A stretch of 64,000 bases of DNA from Octopus vulgaris (taxonomy: Eukaryota). Positions 1 through 11,807 of the stretch are shown piece after piece. The DNA lies in the NCBI GenBank assembly GCA_951406725.2, contig OX597814.1:195734001-195798000 (forward strand), written 5' to 3'. Both the position numbers and the translations under genes were made by a program. Every line of letters begins with the position of its first letter. Position 1 is the first letter of the stretch. A model generated the notes under the pieces. It was not told the DNA's origin and searched no databases. It worked only from the letters and a program-made list of their open reading frames with translations.

Positions 1-172
1 AATTCTTCCAAAGGTTGTGTGACATATTTACCAGAGACATAGTGAGTGATGAGAACTTTATATCCAAATCTACTTAAACGCCATGTATAATATCTCATAT
101 TCTGTTAGTAAACAAAACTATTATTCAGATACAAGGCCAACAAGTTTGCCGGGAGGGTATTAATTGATAAAA

Positions 173-440
173 GGCGGCGAGCTGGCAGAAACGTTAGCAC
201 ACCGGGCAAAATGCTTAGCAGTATTTCGTCTGCCGTTACGTTCTGAGTTCAAATTCAGCCGAGGTCGACTTTACCTTTCATCCTTTCGGGGTCGATTAAA
301 TAAGTACCAGTTACGCACTGGGGTGGATGTAATCGACTTAATCCTTTTGTCTGTCCTTGTTTGTCCCCTCTGTGTTTAGCTCCTTGTGGGTAGTAAAGAA
401 ATAGGAATTTCGTCTGCCGCTACGTAGTAAAGAAATAAGT
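173..440 (+). mobile_element. tRNA-derived SINE family A (head GGCGGCGAGCTGGCAGAA), with start of a second unit
   Basis: Pol III-like head (A-box TGGCAGAAACG, B-box GAGTTCAAATT), core CCTTTCATCCTTTCGGGGTCGAT, tail ending GTAAAGAAATAG. More than 15 related copies in the window. Confidence 0.9.
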
Positions 441-585
441 ATAAATCGATAATATCAAGTTCAGCTCTTTTCGGTCCCGAAATGATGAGTAGCAAAGTTA
501 ACCTCGGTTGAACTTGAATCCCGACCATAAAACGCAAGAACAAAAGTGCATGGCTTTTTTTCGACGTTCTAACGAATCTGCCAAA

Positions 586-870
586 TCAAACGAGACTAAT
601 TTGCACATCCTCTGATAACACACGGATGGTCATTCGACGATTTCCCCTCACAGCTGCACGCACATCTGCGATGTTTTTCTCAGTTCTGTTGGCTGCGGGT
701 CTCCCAGAACGTTCGTCTCTATCGATATTTTTTCGGCCATCTTGGAAACGCCTAAACCGCTCGTACACTTGTGTGCGGTTTATACACTCCTCTCCATACG
801 CTTTCTGCAAATTTGCACAGGCCTCTGAGCAGGTATCGCCATGACAACTTTCTCTGTCATGATCAACGCG
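586..870 (-). mobile_element. mariner transposase N-terminal (HTH) fragment
   Basis: Translation LQKAYGEECINRTQVYERFRRFQDGRKNIDRDERSGRP...VRGNRRMTIRVLSEDVQIS matches the mariner HTH1-GRP-HTH2 pattern. No catalytic domain. Confidence 0.85.
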
Positions 871-911
871 ACAATCACATACTACACATCTTCCACACAC
901 ACACACACGCA

Positions 912-951
<40 letters not shown>

Positions 952-1117
952 GATATATATATATTATATATTTGCACTACTCAAGCAACATGCGAGCGCA
1001 CAATATAAATACAAAACTAACGTGTAACATACATACACACATACGCTGATACACGCACACACGCACGCACGCACGCAAGCATACACACACACAGATATAT
1101 ATGTATGCACGTGTATA

Positions 1118-1165
<48 letters not shown>

Positions 1166-1559
1166 GCTCAATGCTAATTTATTGTGACGACGTACCACTA
1201 AACATCAGGCTGTAGGCGTTTCGGTCTGTCTGTGACTAGATTCCTGCTGTGATAATTATCACGGCCTAGTTTATGTAGGTAATTCGATTAAAGAGTAATG
1301 GAAATATTAAATGATATATTTCATCTTTTTTACTATGTTGAGAATAAAAAGTATCCCCGGCATCCACTTAACACTTTACAGATCGAATCTGTGAGCTAAG
1401 AGGCACCTGGTAGAAATAGTAGCTAAATCATTTATAACAGTTAAATCTTTATGAAAATTACTCTTTATTCTCTTAAACCGGTTAATCGTCAATTTAGATA
1501 TATCTTGACTGGATAAAGAATCCGATATGCTGCTACTGGCCCCTAATTTGGAGTACTTA

Positions 1560-1792
1560 GTAAAATGCATATCTGGCTTCAAATTAGGGCACTGGGCCAG
1601 CATGTTTTTGAGAGGAGGAGTAAGTCGGTTACACCAATCCCAGTTTTTGAGTGGTACTTATTTTATCGACCCCGAGTGGATGAAAGGCTAAGTCAACATC
1701 CGCGTAATTTGAGCTGAGAAACTAAAGACGGACGAAATGCCGCTAAGTCGCAGTTTATCCGGCGTGCTAATGAATCCGTCAGAGCGCCGCCT
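1560..1792 (-). mobile_element. degenerate SINE family A
   Basis: TACTTATTTTATCGACCCCGAGTGGATGAAAGG and CCGGCGTGCTAA...GCGCCGCC, reverse complement of family A. Confidence 0.75.
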
Positions 1793-2101
1793 ATTTGATC
1801 AATGCATATATGGAACTAAATAACAAGAACAAGTAAGGTGTGTATCAGTCGCTTTGACACAGTTGTTTCGGCGTCGCTGATTCGCCGATAACCTTTTTGA
1901 CACGAGACGCTTTAATGTTTCTCTAATTCTCCCCCGCCCCTTCCCCCTCTGTGTATATGTGTGTGACCATATTTTTTATTTATGTGTATGAGGAAAAACG
2001 AAACTAATTATGCCAATCATGTTCACTGAATATATTGTAATGTCTCTCTCGTTGTCTCTATTACCAGTTGGGAAGTGATAATGGAGACAAAGACAGACAC
2101 A

Positions 2102-2232
2102 CAGGAGTGGCTGTGTGGTAAGTAGCTTGCTTACCAACCACATGGTCTTGGGTTCAGTCCCACTCAGTTGCACCTTGGGCCGATCAAAGCCTTCTGACTG
2201 GATTTGGTACACGGAAACTTAAACCTGTCGTA
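2102..2232 (+). mobile_element. SINE family B, 5' half
   Basis: CAGGAGTGGCTGTGTGGTAAGTAGCTTGCTTACCAACCACATGG head, identical to other family B copies. Confidence 0.85.
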
Positions 2233-2302
2233 TATATATACATATAAATACATACATACATACATATACATACATACATACACATATATATATAAATATA
2301 TA

Positions 2303-2353
<51 letters not shown>

Positions 2354-2357
<4 letters not shown>

Positions 2358-2556
2358 GCAAAGTTTACGAAAATAAACAAAAGACGAAGGCAGGTGGTGT
2401 ACAAACAAACAAATGTATTAGTATAGCGCTCGGGAATAGAAAAAGTCTTTTACGTTTCGAGCCTACGCTCTTCCACAGAAAGATGCACAGAAAAAAACAA
2501 GGAGAGAAACAAGGAGGGAAAACAATGCGTGTAGGAGCTAACGATCTATCATGGCA
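2354..2556 (-). mobile_element. PLE-type terminal fragment with degenerate minimal hammerhead (2446-2483)
   Basis: Minus strand TCTTT-CTGTGGA-A-GAGC gtag GCTC-GAAA-CGTA-AAAGA. Related copy at 4055-4215. Confidence 0.6.
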
Positions 2557-2574
2557 TATATATATAATTCAATA

Positions 2575-2772
2575 ATCCTACATATCTTACATCTATTTTC
2601 TTTCCTCCACCTCACTCTCTATTTTGTATCACATCGAAACTATGACTTAACTATCCTCTCACACTGTCTCCGATTAAGGGATATTATTAATAAATATCCT
2701 AGAAACAGCTGTAAGACCTTTTATCTATAAATGGTCTATTATCTATACAGCCTTGGCTTTTTATCTCATTAC
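2575..2772 (+). mobile_element. PLE 3' terminal fragment with degenerate hammerhead (2666-2717)
   Basis: GTCT-CCGATTA-AGGGATATT...AATATCCTA-GAAA-C AGCT G-TA-AGAC. 2575-2622 also matches 42229-42280. Confidence 0.6.
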
Positions 2773-2773
2773 G

Positions 2774-2819
<46 letters not shown>

Positions 2820-3244
2820 AGAGGGGGAGAGGCGGAGGAAAATTAGAGAAAGCATGTTTTTGAGAGGATCTAATCGACTAGCCTCCTCCCCCAAAACTTT
2901 GGGACTTGTGCCTAGAGTAGAAAAGAATATACAAATGGGGGCAAATGTAAGTATATAGTTGGTTACTGAGTGGAATGTTCCTTTAATTTCTCTTTTTTTT
3001 TTTTTAAACCCAAGCGATTCATAATTCGACAAAGTGATCAGCGGGAGATTTCTAGTCCATTGGAAGTCCTCTCTTTAGATTTCCGGGGCCTTTAAGTGGA
3101 TGCTTGAGCCACAAGCATAAAATTTTCTAAACGGTCGAGCACACCCCCGTGCACCGCAGATAGACCAAATCTGCTGAAATTTGTCGCGTATTCTGTGAAC
3201 TGTTAATTATGATTGAGCTGGTGTTCGACATTCTTCAGTCCATT

Positions 3245-3590
3245 TCTGCCTAACCATTTCTGCATCCTGTTGATTAAGAATGTTGATTAAGAATTTCAAA
3301 GGCTTAGGAAAGAATTTCACTATTGAAGTGGAGTGTATGTTAAGCTAATTGTTCAGAGCACGATGCCTATCGTAATCATTTGTAGGAGTAAAAAGTATGT
3401 TTCTGCCAGTGCTTACATTTATAGGATTTCTCTATGAGTGTGTTTATAAGGGGAAACTTAGAAAAGAGGATATGGAAGAGCTCAGAGTTGCAAATGTTAC
3501 AAAATATCCTGCCCTTATCAAAAGGAAAGGATACAGACAGTATGAACCAATCTAACTTGAAATCTATATTATTGTCTTTAAGACGCCAAA
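3245..3590 (-). mobile_element. Penelope-like element, GIY-YIG endonuclease C-terminus plus 3' UTR
   Basis: IWRLKDNNIDFKLDWFIL...PFDKGRIFCNICNSELFHIL...LINTLIEKSYKCKH follows the W-x-LK...W...C-x2-C-x2-E...N...C-x-H pattern also seen at 17012 and 39830. Confidence 0.8.
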
Positions 3591-4000
3591 TGATTACGAT
3601 AGGCATCATGCTCTGAACAATTAGCTTAACATACACTCCATTTCAATAGTGAAATTCTTTCCTAAGCCTTTGAACATTCTTAATCAACATACCCTTCCCT
3701 TTCCACCGGTTCCCTACCCTATCATTCCTTTAACCCTTCTCTTCCTACTATCTAACTTTGACGTCAATTCTTCTAACAGTTTTTTTTAAAAATCACTTAT
3801 TGTCGTTTTGTTTACCATGTAGGCAGTCATCGAAATTTTTGTTTGTCTTGTTGCCGAGAGAGGCTCCCTTTCTTTCCTGATGAGAAGATTGCATCATTAA
3901 CCCTTTATTCCTTTGGAATGAAACCATGTGGTCTTCGAAACATATGTCGAGAGTAAAGGAAATTTGTTAACATCTTCGTTCGACTCCATTCTTTCATTTA

Positions 4001-4003
<3 letters not shown>
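3587..4003 (+). mobile_element. inverted PLE 3' UTR copy carrying a hammerhead
   Basis: 3587-3690 is the reverse complement of 3280-3381 and continues into the HHR at 3872-3953. Confidence 0.75.
3872..3953 (+). ncRNA. type I hammerhead ribozyme motif, intact core
   Basis: CTTTC-CTGATGA-GAAGA(long loop)TCTTC-GAAA-C ATAT G-TC/GAGAG. Predicted cleavage after GUC at 3948; palindromic stem III loop. Confidence 0.75.
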
Positions 4004-4036
<33 letters not shown>

Positions 4037-4054
4037 TATATAGATATAGAGAGA

Positions 4055-4215
4055 ATTCACAAAACAATACGAAGTTAGGTGGTGTAGACAACAAACAGAT
4101 GTATTAGTTTAACGCTCGGGAAGTGAAAAAGTATTTAACGTTTCGAGCCTACGCTCTTCCACCGAAAGGAACACAGAAAGAAACAAAGAAAGAAAATAAA
4201 GAATGTATAGTGGCT
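4055..4215 (-). mobile_element. PLE-type terminal fragment with degenerate hammerhead
   Basis: Minus strand TTT-CGGTGGA-A-GAGCgtagGCTC-GAAA-CGTT-AAA; homologous to 2354-2556. Confidence 0.55.
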
Positions 4216-4613
4216 ATATATGTATATGTGTGTGTGTGTGTACACACGCATGCTCAACATATATGCAGGAAAAATATTAAAAGCTGAAAGCTCACTGAAT
4301 TTTTCTGTCTACATATGAATAGAACAAGTTTTATTTTCTAACACAGAATGTAAATATTTCGATTATACGTTCGGATATGAAAATAAAGATACAAAATTAT
4401 TATTTTCACATAGAAAATATTTTCTCTATAAAAATTTTGCAGTGAAAATATTTATGTATGTTTCCAGTAGGTGAGTTTTACACACACAGAACAAAAAAAA
4501 AAAGAAAAAAATGAGTCACATTATCTAAAAATGTCTTTGGACAAAAAAAATTTACTGAAAATAAATATTTGTTCATGTTTTAACCGAAGACGTGTCGGAA
4601 TGAGAGGGAAATT

Positions 4614-4644
<31 letters not shown>

Positions 4645-4689
4645 TAATATAGTGATGATGATTATAATGATGATGTTCATGATAATGTT

Positions 4690-5084
4690 TTCTACTATAG
4701 GCACAAGGCCTGAAATTTGGGGGAAGGGGCCAGTCGATTAGATCGACCCAGTACAAAACTGGTGATAAATTTATCGACCCCGAGAGTATGAAAGGCAGCA
4801 AAGTCGGTTTCGGTGGAGTTTGAAGTCAGAACGTAATGGCAGACGAAATACCTATTTGTTTACTACCCACAAGGGGCTAAACACAGAAGGGACAAACAAG
4901 GACAGACATAGGTATTAAGTCGATTACATCGACCCCAGTGCGTAACTGGTACTTAATTTATCGACCCCGAAAGGATGAAAGGCAAAGTCGACCTCGGCGG
5001 AATTTGAACTCACAACGTAACGGCAGACGAAATACCGCTAAGCAATTCACCCGGCATGTTAACGATTCTGCCACCTCACCGCCT
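4690..5084 (-). mobile_element. dimeric SINE family A
   Basis: Head near 5084, internal junction GACGAAATACCTATTTG at about 4843-4859, second unit ending in the alternative tail (GGCCTTGTGCCTATAGTAGAAAA). Confidence 0.85.
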
Positions 5085-5085
5085 T

Positions 5086-5300
5086 CGATGATGATGATAA
5101 TGATAGTTCTTCGTTTCCGAAATTCATGAGGAAGATCGTTAAGCTCTAAGGTGTCTGTGTAAACCGATTCTTGAATAACAGGGTCTGGCACACTTGGGGC
5201 AGATATGTATGCTGTAGTCATGGGGATAGTGACAATCACTCTTTGGCGTTTCAGGTCTGCCGCAGCTGCTCCCACCGCAAACCTACTTGCAGTGATGTGA
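5086..5300 (-). mobile_element. RTE-clade LINE 3' end
   Basis: Frameshifted C-terminus ...AAAADLKRQRV.../ICPKCARPCYSRIGLHRHLRA* (C-x2-C...SRIGL-x2-H motif typical of RTE ORF ends), short 3' UTR and (ATC)n tail. Confidence 0.75.
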
Positions 5301-5397
5301 ACACACATACACACACACAAAAACATATAGATATATATGTATATATACATACATATATATATACATATATAGAGATATACATACACACACACACACA

Positions 5398-5428
<31 letters not shown>

Positions 5429-5599
5429 GGAGCAATCTCAAGATTAATCAGCCGATTAATGATCCGGTTCTTGACTGATGATTGAGGGCTTCGAATGTCC
5501 CGTCCGTGTTTTTTGTGTCGTCTTCTAAATGTTTCACGTTCTTGTCCCAGTTTGTATATTTTTTTACTTTTACACACACACACACACACACACATATAT

Positions 5600-5668
<69 letters not shown>

Positions 5669-5714
5669 TGTGTCTGCATATACATACATACATATATATG
5701 TATATGTTTGTGTG

Positions 5715-6050
5715 TCGGTGATTGTCTCCTTCAGAGAGACTTAGAAATATTGATATTTCTATTTTTGAAAACCAGTGGATGAATTTTAGGTTAATAATTC
5801 TTCGAACAAACGTTCAGTGGCGACGCCTGTTGGGTTAGGCTGCTCTACATTGATAAGGGGCAAATACCCTGCAGCTAGACTGTGTGGTTTCGTTGTTTTC
5901 CTTCTTCTTTTGCCATATGTGAGTTACAAATAAATGCTGTTTGTGGAGACATATTTTTGTAGTAAAATGAAATAGTAGTCCTTTGACTGCTATTTCTAAT
6001 ATTTTCGGAATGTGGTTTAAGCAACCTGTTGCAAAAAACCCTTATTATTA
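5715..6050 (+). mobile_element. decayed PLE-related fragment
   Basis: 5720-5772 resembles 16655-16710, and 5920-6000 resembles 17514-17590. Eroded HHR-like stretch ACA-TTGATAA-GGGG..CCCT-GCAG-CTAGAC-TGT at about 5847-5883. Confidence 0.45.
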
Positions 6051-6118
6051 TAATTATATATATATATATATGTAGGTCCGTGATTGGGTTAAACAGTAAG
6101 TAGGTACCAATACATTAT

Positions 6119-6194
<76 letters not shown>

Positions 6195-8044
6195 CAGTTC
6201 TATTATGATTTCATTATTGGCCAAAATAGACTGGTTAAGTTTATATAATATAAACAGTCTATTATGATTTCACCAAATAGACTGGTTAAGTTTTAAGTCT
6301 CAACCTTCACTGAATATCATAGTTCTTCACTATAGAGGTGCTTTGCTGTGGTATTTATGGATTGAAGCATATAATGGAATTTCTTCATGAAGTTGTTACA
6401 TGAAACATTTCTTCCAGGAAGGAACGAATTTGGAATTGGAAACCAGCGAACCGTTTGTGAAATTTCCTAGGCTATTGCTCTTTACAGCAGCGAAATGTGG
6501 CGCCCTTTGACCTCAGAATAGAAATGGGTGGATTCCATGGTGGATAGCTAAATATGTTGGACATAAACATGATGATATTAGGTGTTAGGGAAATGTCAGA
6601 ATCGCTGGACTTAAAGGGAATTCTATATTACTCTACTGATTGAGATATCTACACTGTTAGGGATAGGGACACTAATTGATTTTAACGGATCAACTTAGAC
6701 GCGCAATATGCATAAAGCAATAACAATATTCAAATTTATGCAAAAGACATTAGCTGGTGTCCTTGTGTTTCTATATCAGTCGCTATTAGAAGCCTGTACA
6801 ATAACTTACTGTTTCGTCTATGACAACTACACCAAACACAGACATATATATGCTTTGCTGATGAGGTCATAATATCAGTGAAACATATTGGATATGGTCT
6901 GTCATGTACTTGACTAAACTATTCAAATGATATCAAATAAAATTCGAACCATTGACTATTACGTTTCCTTAACCATCACAGTATAAATATTTCTATCTTT
7001 TTAATAAGTTTTACCTTTAATATGTTAACGTACTAAATTAGCTACTGGCTGTAAGATTTGAACTCTAGAGGGAAGCAGAGATCTTCATTGCTTCGTAATA
7101 CCTAATGCTTTCATCTTCATCTGATCAGCTACTTTAATTTTCTGCTTAACTCGATGAGATTTATTGCTTTTCAAGTAACAATTTTATTACTTATGCCGCA
7201 ATACTCATAGCTTATCATTGAAGGATCTACTATTTATTATAGGAATTGAGGAAAAAAAAAAGAATCTTCTGTAAAAGTAAAGTAAAAAAAAGCTCAGACG
7301 AAAAAGCTCTGATTTCTTATTTTTGTTTATTTTGCCAAAGACGCAAAAATCTGGTAAGAAATATTTTGGTTAGAAGTAAGTAATTTCTTGGTTTCTGTTT
7401 TTGAATTTTCTTCTTTTGATCTGACTAATGACTGATCAAGAGAAATAATGAAATATATCATTTGATACGACTTTATTCGGTATATAATGACGACGATCAA
7501 TTAATACAAACAGATATCACTAAGTACAAAGCAATACGACTGTTTTCTGTGTAATTCTACTATACTAACCAGGTGACCAGTATTTTACTGACTGAAGAAA
7601 GAAAGGTCTGTATATTCTATAAAAAAAAGTTATAAGCTGGAAAGCTTTCATCTATGATAGGGTTGATGACTAAAGGATATAGACATCATTAAAACAAATC
7701 TAGAGAGTTAAAACAACCGAGTAAATAATGTAGTGAATCACTAGTGTATGAGGTGAAGTAAGATCAAATCGGCTGCAAGTGTATCTCTTACTTAACGGCT
7801 TAATCAATAAAGGTATGGCAGCCACTACGACCGTTTCGTTTTTAGGGCTTTTGAGACTAATGAGAAGAAGGGAAGATAACATTAAACCGGGCATTTGAAT
7901 GCTTGCAACAGAGTGAGATCTGTGAAGGACACATAAATACAGAAATTGGTGACAGAATAACACTTCCACACAAAAGAAGAATGATGTTCTAAATGAAATT
8001 CCACATATCTTCCATTTGTTACGATATTTTGAAAATATGTAATA

Positions 8045-8421
8045 CTAGCAGTATCGCCCGGCGTTGCTCGGGTTTGTAAGGGAAATAACTATATAAGCAT
8101 TTTTAGAGAGTCATAGCCAAAAAATAGCAAAAAAATGCATTAAAAACTTTTTTAAAAATCGTTGACTCATCGTAGACATTTTTAGAGAGTTACTTCCCTT
8201 ATATAATAGCGAAAAAATGCATTAAAATGGAAATAAATGATGGTAATTTTTTTTTAAAGTCGTAGACTCATCGTAGACGCACGCTAATACCCAGAAGGGC
8301 TCGATATGAATCACGACTATAAGATACCCGGTTTTGGTTAAACTGCACCGCAAAATGTGGCAGTAGTTAGGAATCTAAATCGTAGGAGACAGACACACAA
8401 CTTGACTTTTATATATAAAGA
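8045..8421 (-). mobile_element. non-autonomous Helitron
   Basis: On the minus strand it starts TC and ends CTAG, with hairpin CCCGAGCAACGCCGGG just before the end. Inserted between A and T with no TSD. Second copy at 59046-59413. Confidence 0.85.
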
Positions 8422-8684
8422 TGAGACCCATAAAATTTTGTGCCTATTCACTCAAAACAATGAAGTCCTTCAATTATTTTAGACAATATTTTGGCGGGGG
8501 AGATTTGGTGTTATTTAGTTTAGGAGCAAATCAACTCCAATTCAGCTGATTCACACTTTACAGAGTCTCCATATTGACTTTTAGGTGTATCTAAGGCTGC
8601 ATTATGTGTTTCAAGACGGTTGAGTTTAAGGCTGAAGAACATTTTGCTGCTATTATTAGCAATTCGAGGCTTTCTTTGGTTGTA

Positions 8685-8901
8685 CGAGTAGGTGCTGAAA
8701 TGTTTCTGGTTTTGGGTAAAAGAAAATACAGGAGGATCAGTTAATTACGATTCTATTCAAAATATTCCCCTCTCATATTCGCACACGTATTGCAGCGGTC
8801 CTTCAGATTTTGTAAGTTCTGTAAAAGAACTCGGAAGTTTGGGCCCCCAGCCAGGCCTTTTGCGATACTCTTAAAGCCAGGAACTTTTCAGCACCCAATC
8901 G
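8685..8901. mobile_element. mariner-type MITE (copy 1)
   Basis: Imperfect TIRs CGAGTAGGTGCTGAAATGTTTCTGG / CCAGGAACTTTTCAGCACCCAATCG flanked by TA. Confidence 0.75.
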
Positions 8902-8964
<63 letters not shown>

Positions 8965-8967
<3 letters not shown>

Positions 8968-9438
8968 GATAACTCTCAGAGCGAGATATAAACAGTAGCG
9001 GTATCACATCGTGACGCATATTTGCCATTTGAATATGGCTAACCCCTAAGGGTGGATGCTACTGTAGTTTGTAGCCCCAGGAAGATATCTCCTCCAGCTG
9101 GCTATAGACACACTATCTGTGTCCTCTCAGTATTTGTGAAGGGGAGTCATCCTCGCCGTCTTCAACTCATGATACACACGGACCCGAGTTTCAAGGTGTT
9201 TACTTTTCATCAGCGTGTGACAATCATGGTTGTCGACGAGAAGTCAGCTCCCTTCACAAATACATATACTTTTTCCAGTGTCGATTGACACTGATATTGA
9301 AAAAGTGAAATCAAACAATGATAAATCTCAGAGCGAGTTATAAACAGTAGCGGTAACACATCGTGACGCATATTTTGCCATTTGAATATGGCTAACCCCT
9401 AAGGGTGGATGCTACTGTAGATTGTCACACGCTGATGA
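8965..9438 (-). mobile_element. PLE pseudo-LTR or retrozyme-like repeat, 352 bp period
   Basis: 8965-9067 is repeated at 9317-9420. HHR at 9175-9219; short inverted HHR start at 9420-9438; both ends sit in (TA)n. Confidence 0.65.
9175..9219 (-). ncRNA. type I hammerhead ribozyme motif, intact core
   Basis: CACACG-CTGATGA-A AAG taaacac CTT-GAAA-C TCGG G-TC/CGTGTG: 6 bp stem I and GUC cleavage triplet. Confidence 0.75.
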
Positions 9439-9456
9439 TATATATATATACATATA

Positions 9457-9672
9457 AGAAGTGGGTACTGAAAGGTTCCTGGCTTTGGGTAAAAGAAAAT
9501 ACAGGAGGGTGGGTTAACTAGGATTTTATTCAACATATTTCCTTCTAGATTCACACACTTTTTGTAGCAGTCCTTTGGGTTTTCTAATCCCTGCAAAAGA
9601 ACTCGGAAGTTTGTACCTCCACCCTGGCCTTTCGCTACACCCTTAAAGTCAGGAACTTTTCAGCACCTCACT
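9457..9672. mobile_element. mariner-type MITE (copy 2)
   Basis: Colinear with 8685-8901, with the same TIR type and TA flanks. Confidence 0.7.
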
Positions 9673-10061
9673 TAGAGCTTGGAACAGGTAATTCTGAATC
9701 TCCCTGAAAACTACGTTAGGAGTACGCATGTCTGTGGAATACTCAGCCACTTGCCATTAACTTCACGAGCAGGCTGTTCCCTTGATCGAATCAACGGGAA
9801 CACTCGTCGCCGTAACCGACGGAGTGCCAGATTTTTCTTTCTTAATTTCTGAGTTGTACCTTTTACGTGTAGTTAAGTGGCCTTACACTCTGAGACTTCT
9901 CCGTATTCCATCAGAGACATTACTTGTTTGACAGACTACGACCTCTTCACTTTTTGTGTATCGCTTTGGTCTTTTACTTGTTTAAGTTATTAGGTCTGCG
10001 GTCGAGCTGGAGCACTGTCTTAGAGGGTTTTAGTCGATCCCAGTTCTTATTATTTATTCTT

Positions 10062-10251
10062 TTACTCTTTTACTTGTTTCAGTCATTTGACTGTGGCCAT
10101 GCTGGAGCACCGCCTTTAGTTGAGCAAATCGACCCCAGGACTTATTCTTTGTAAGACTAGTACTTATTTTATCGGTCTCTTTTTGCCGAACCACTAAGTT
10201 ACGGGAACGAAAACACACCAGCATCGGTTGTCAAGCGATGGTGGGGGACAA

Positions 10252-10283
<32 letters not shown>

Positions 10284-10463
10284 GTATATACATACATATA
10301 TACGACAGGCTTCTTTCAGTTTCCATCTACCAAATCCACTCACAAGGCTTTGTTCGGCCCTTGGCTATAGTAGAAGACACTTGCCCAAGGTGCCATGCAG
10401 TAGGACTGAACCCGGAACCATGTAGTTCGTAAACAAGCTACTTACCATACAACCGCTCCTGCA
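10062..10463 (-). mobile_element. SINE family B, full length
   Basis: Reverse complement of head, CCTTGGGCAAGT CORE-like motif, internal (TA)/(GT)n and tail ...GAAACAAGTAAAAGAG. Confidence 0.9.
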
Positions 10464-11369
10464 CCTTTATTACTTATAAAGTTTGGTACTTGTTCTACAC
10501 CAGTTGTTATGCAGTGAGTTCTTAAGCAGTTAAGCACCAGTTGTTAAGCGCGCACCCACACACACACACACACACACGCACAAATATATATACACACAAT
10601 GGGTTTCTTCACAATTTCCTTTAACCACAAAGCTTTGTAGTAGAAGTCGTTTGCCCTAGGTGCCGCGTTGTGGGACTGAACCTGAAACCAAGTAGTTCCA
10701 AAACGAGTTTCTTAAACACTGTCATACCTTAACAAATCTGTTATAAAGGATTCTGTAATTAATATGATAATTATTCGCAGCAGATATTTCTTGTTGGTAA
10801 TTGAAATATTTTAACTATAAAAGCATTAATAATTAATGCTAATAAACTCCTGAATATTTTATAAAATTTTTTTCTAAACTATTGGCAAAGAATATTCTGA
10901 AACACCAAACATAACAAACCATGTAAGCAGTACACGAACTGAATTCTTAAAAACACATTTTCTATCGAAACTTTGTTCTTAGACTTTTGTTAACTCTAAA
11001 AATGCAAATACCAAATAAACTAACCAGTTGCCTATTAAAACAACCGGACATTTTGTTCACCCAACTATGTAAACAGCGAAATATTTAGTAAAAGGGAATT
11101 AATAACCCTTTGCGGTTTGGTGGACGCTTTAGGAAAGTAAAATGTCGGCAAAGTAAGATCACGTTGCTGATTCAGTTTATGTGGTAACTGATTCGTTTCA
11201 CTTTATGCCGTGCTCTTTGATAATGCAATAATTTAACTCAACAATCAATAACATTTTCATTATCCTATAAATCTGAAGTCTGCTGTACAACATAAGCCAT
11301 GAACAATCGTCCACATGAAACAGTTAAAGTCAACAGGAAAAAAAAAGCACTACTGGACTCAAACCCAAT

Positions 11370-11419
11370 ATATATACATATGTGTGTGTTTGTGTGTGTT
11401 TGTGTGTGTGTGTGTGTGC

Positions 11420-11474
<55 letters not shown>

Positions 11475-11591
11475 TACATACATATATATATATACATACA
11501 TACATACATATATACACATACATACATATATATATATATACACATACATACATACATACATACATATATACATACATACATATATATATAC

Positions 11592-11626
<35 letters not shown>

Positions 11627-11635
11627 TATATACAC

Positions 11636-11680
<45 letters not shown>

Positions 11681-11685
11681 CATAC

Positions 11686-11718
<33 letters not shown>

Positions 11719-11723
11719 CGTAC

Positions 11724-11805
<82 letters not shown>
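11370..11805. repeat. compound (GT)n/(TA)n/(TACA)n microsatellite
   Basis: Directly visible. Confidence 0.95.

Positions 11806-11807
<2 letters not shown>

Noticed and set aside
164-379. Recurrent ORFs such as GGELAETLA...RSEFKFRRGRL and MRNWYLIYRPRKDERQSRPRRNLNS
   Set aside because: Chance frames through SINE A; the same applies to ORFs through SINEs B, C and D.
5429-5560. CTGATGA with TCAAGA/TCTTGA pairing, possible hammerhead
   Set aside because: No GAAA or stem III in the right place.
6192-6293. Imperfect 50 bp direct repeat beside (TA)n
   Set aside because: Differences are mostly deletions next to a microsatellite; plausibly slippage or a consensus artefact.
6855-6930. CTGATGAGGTCA...TGACTAAAC, possible hammerhead (similarly 17636-17680)
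   Set aside because: The second core and cleavage site are too eroded to support.
7700-7969. 89 aa minus ORF starting MEVLFCH
   Set aside because: Only superficial resemblance to mariner EVL.HPP; nothing else matches.
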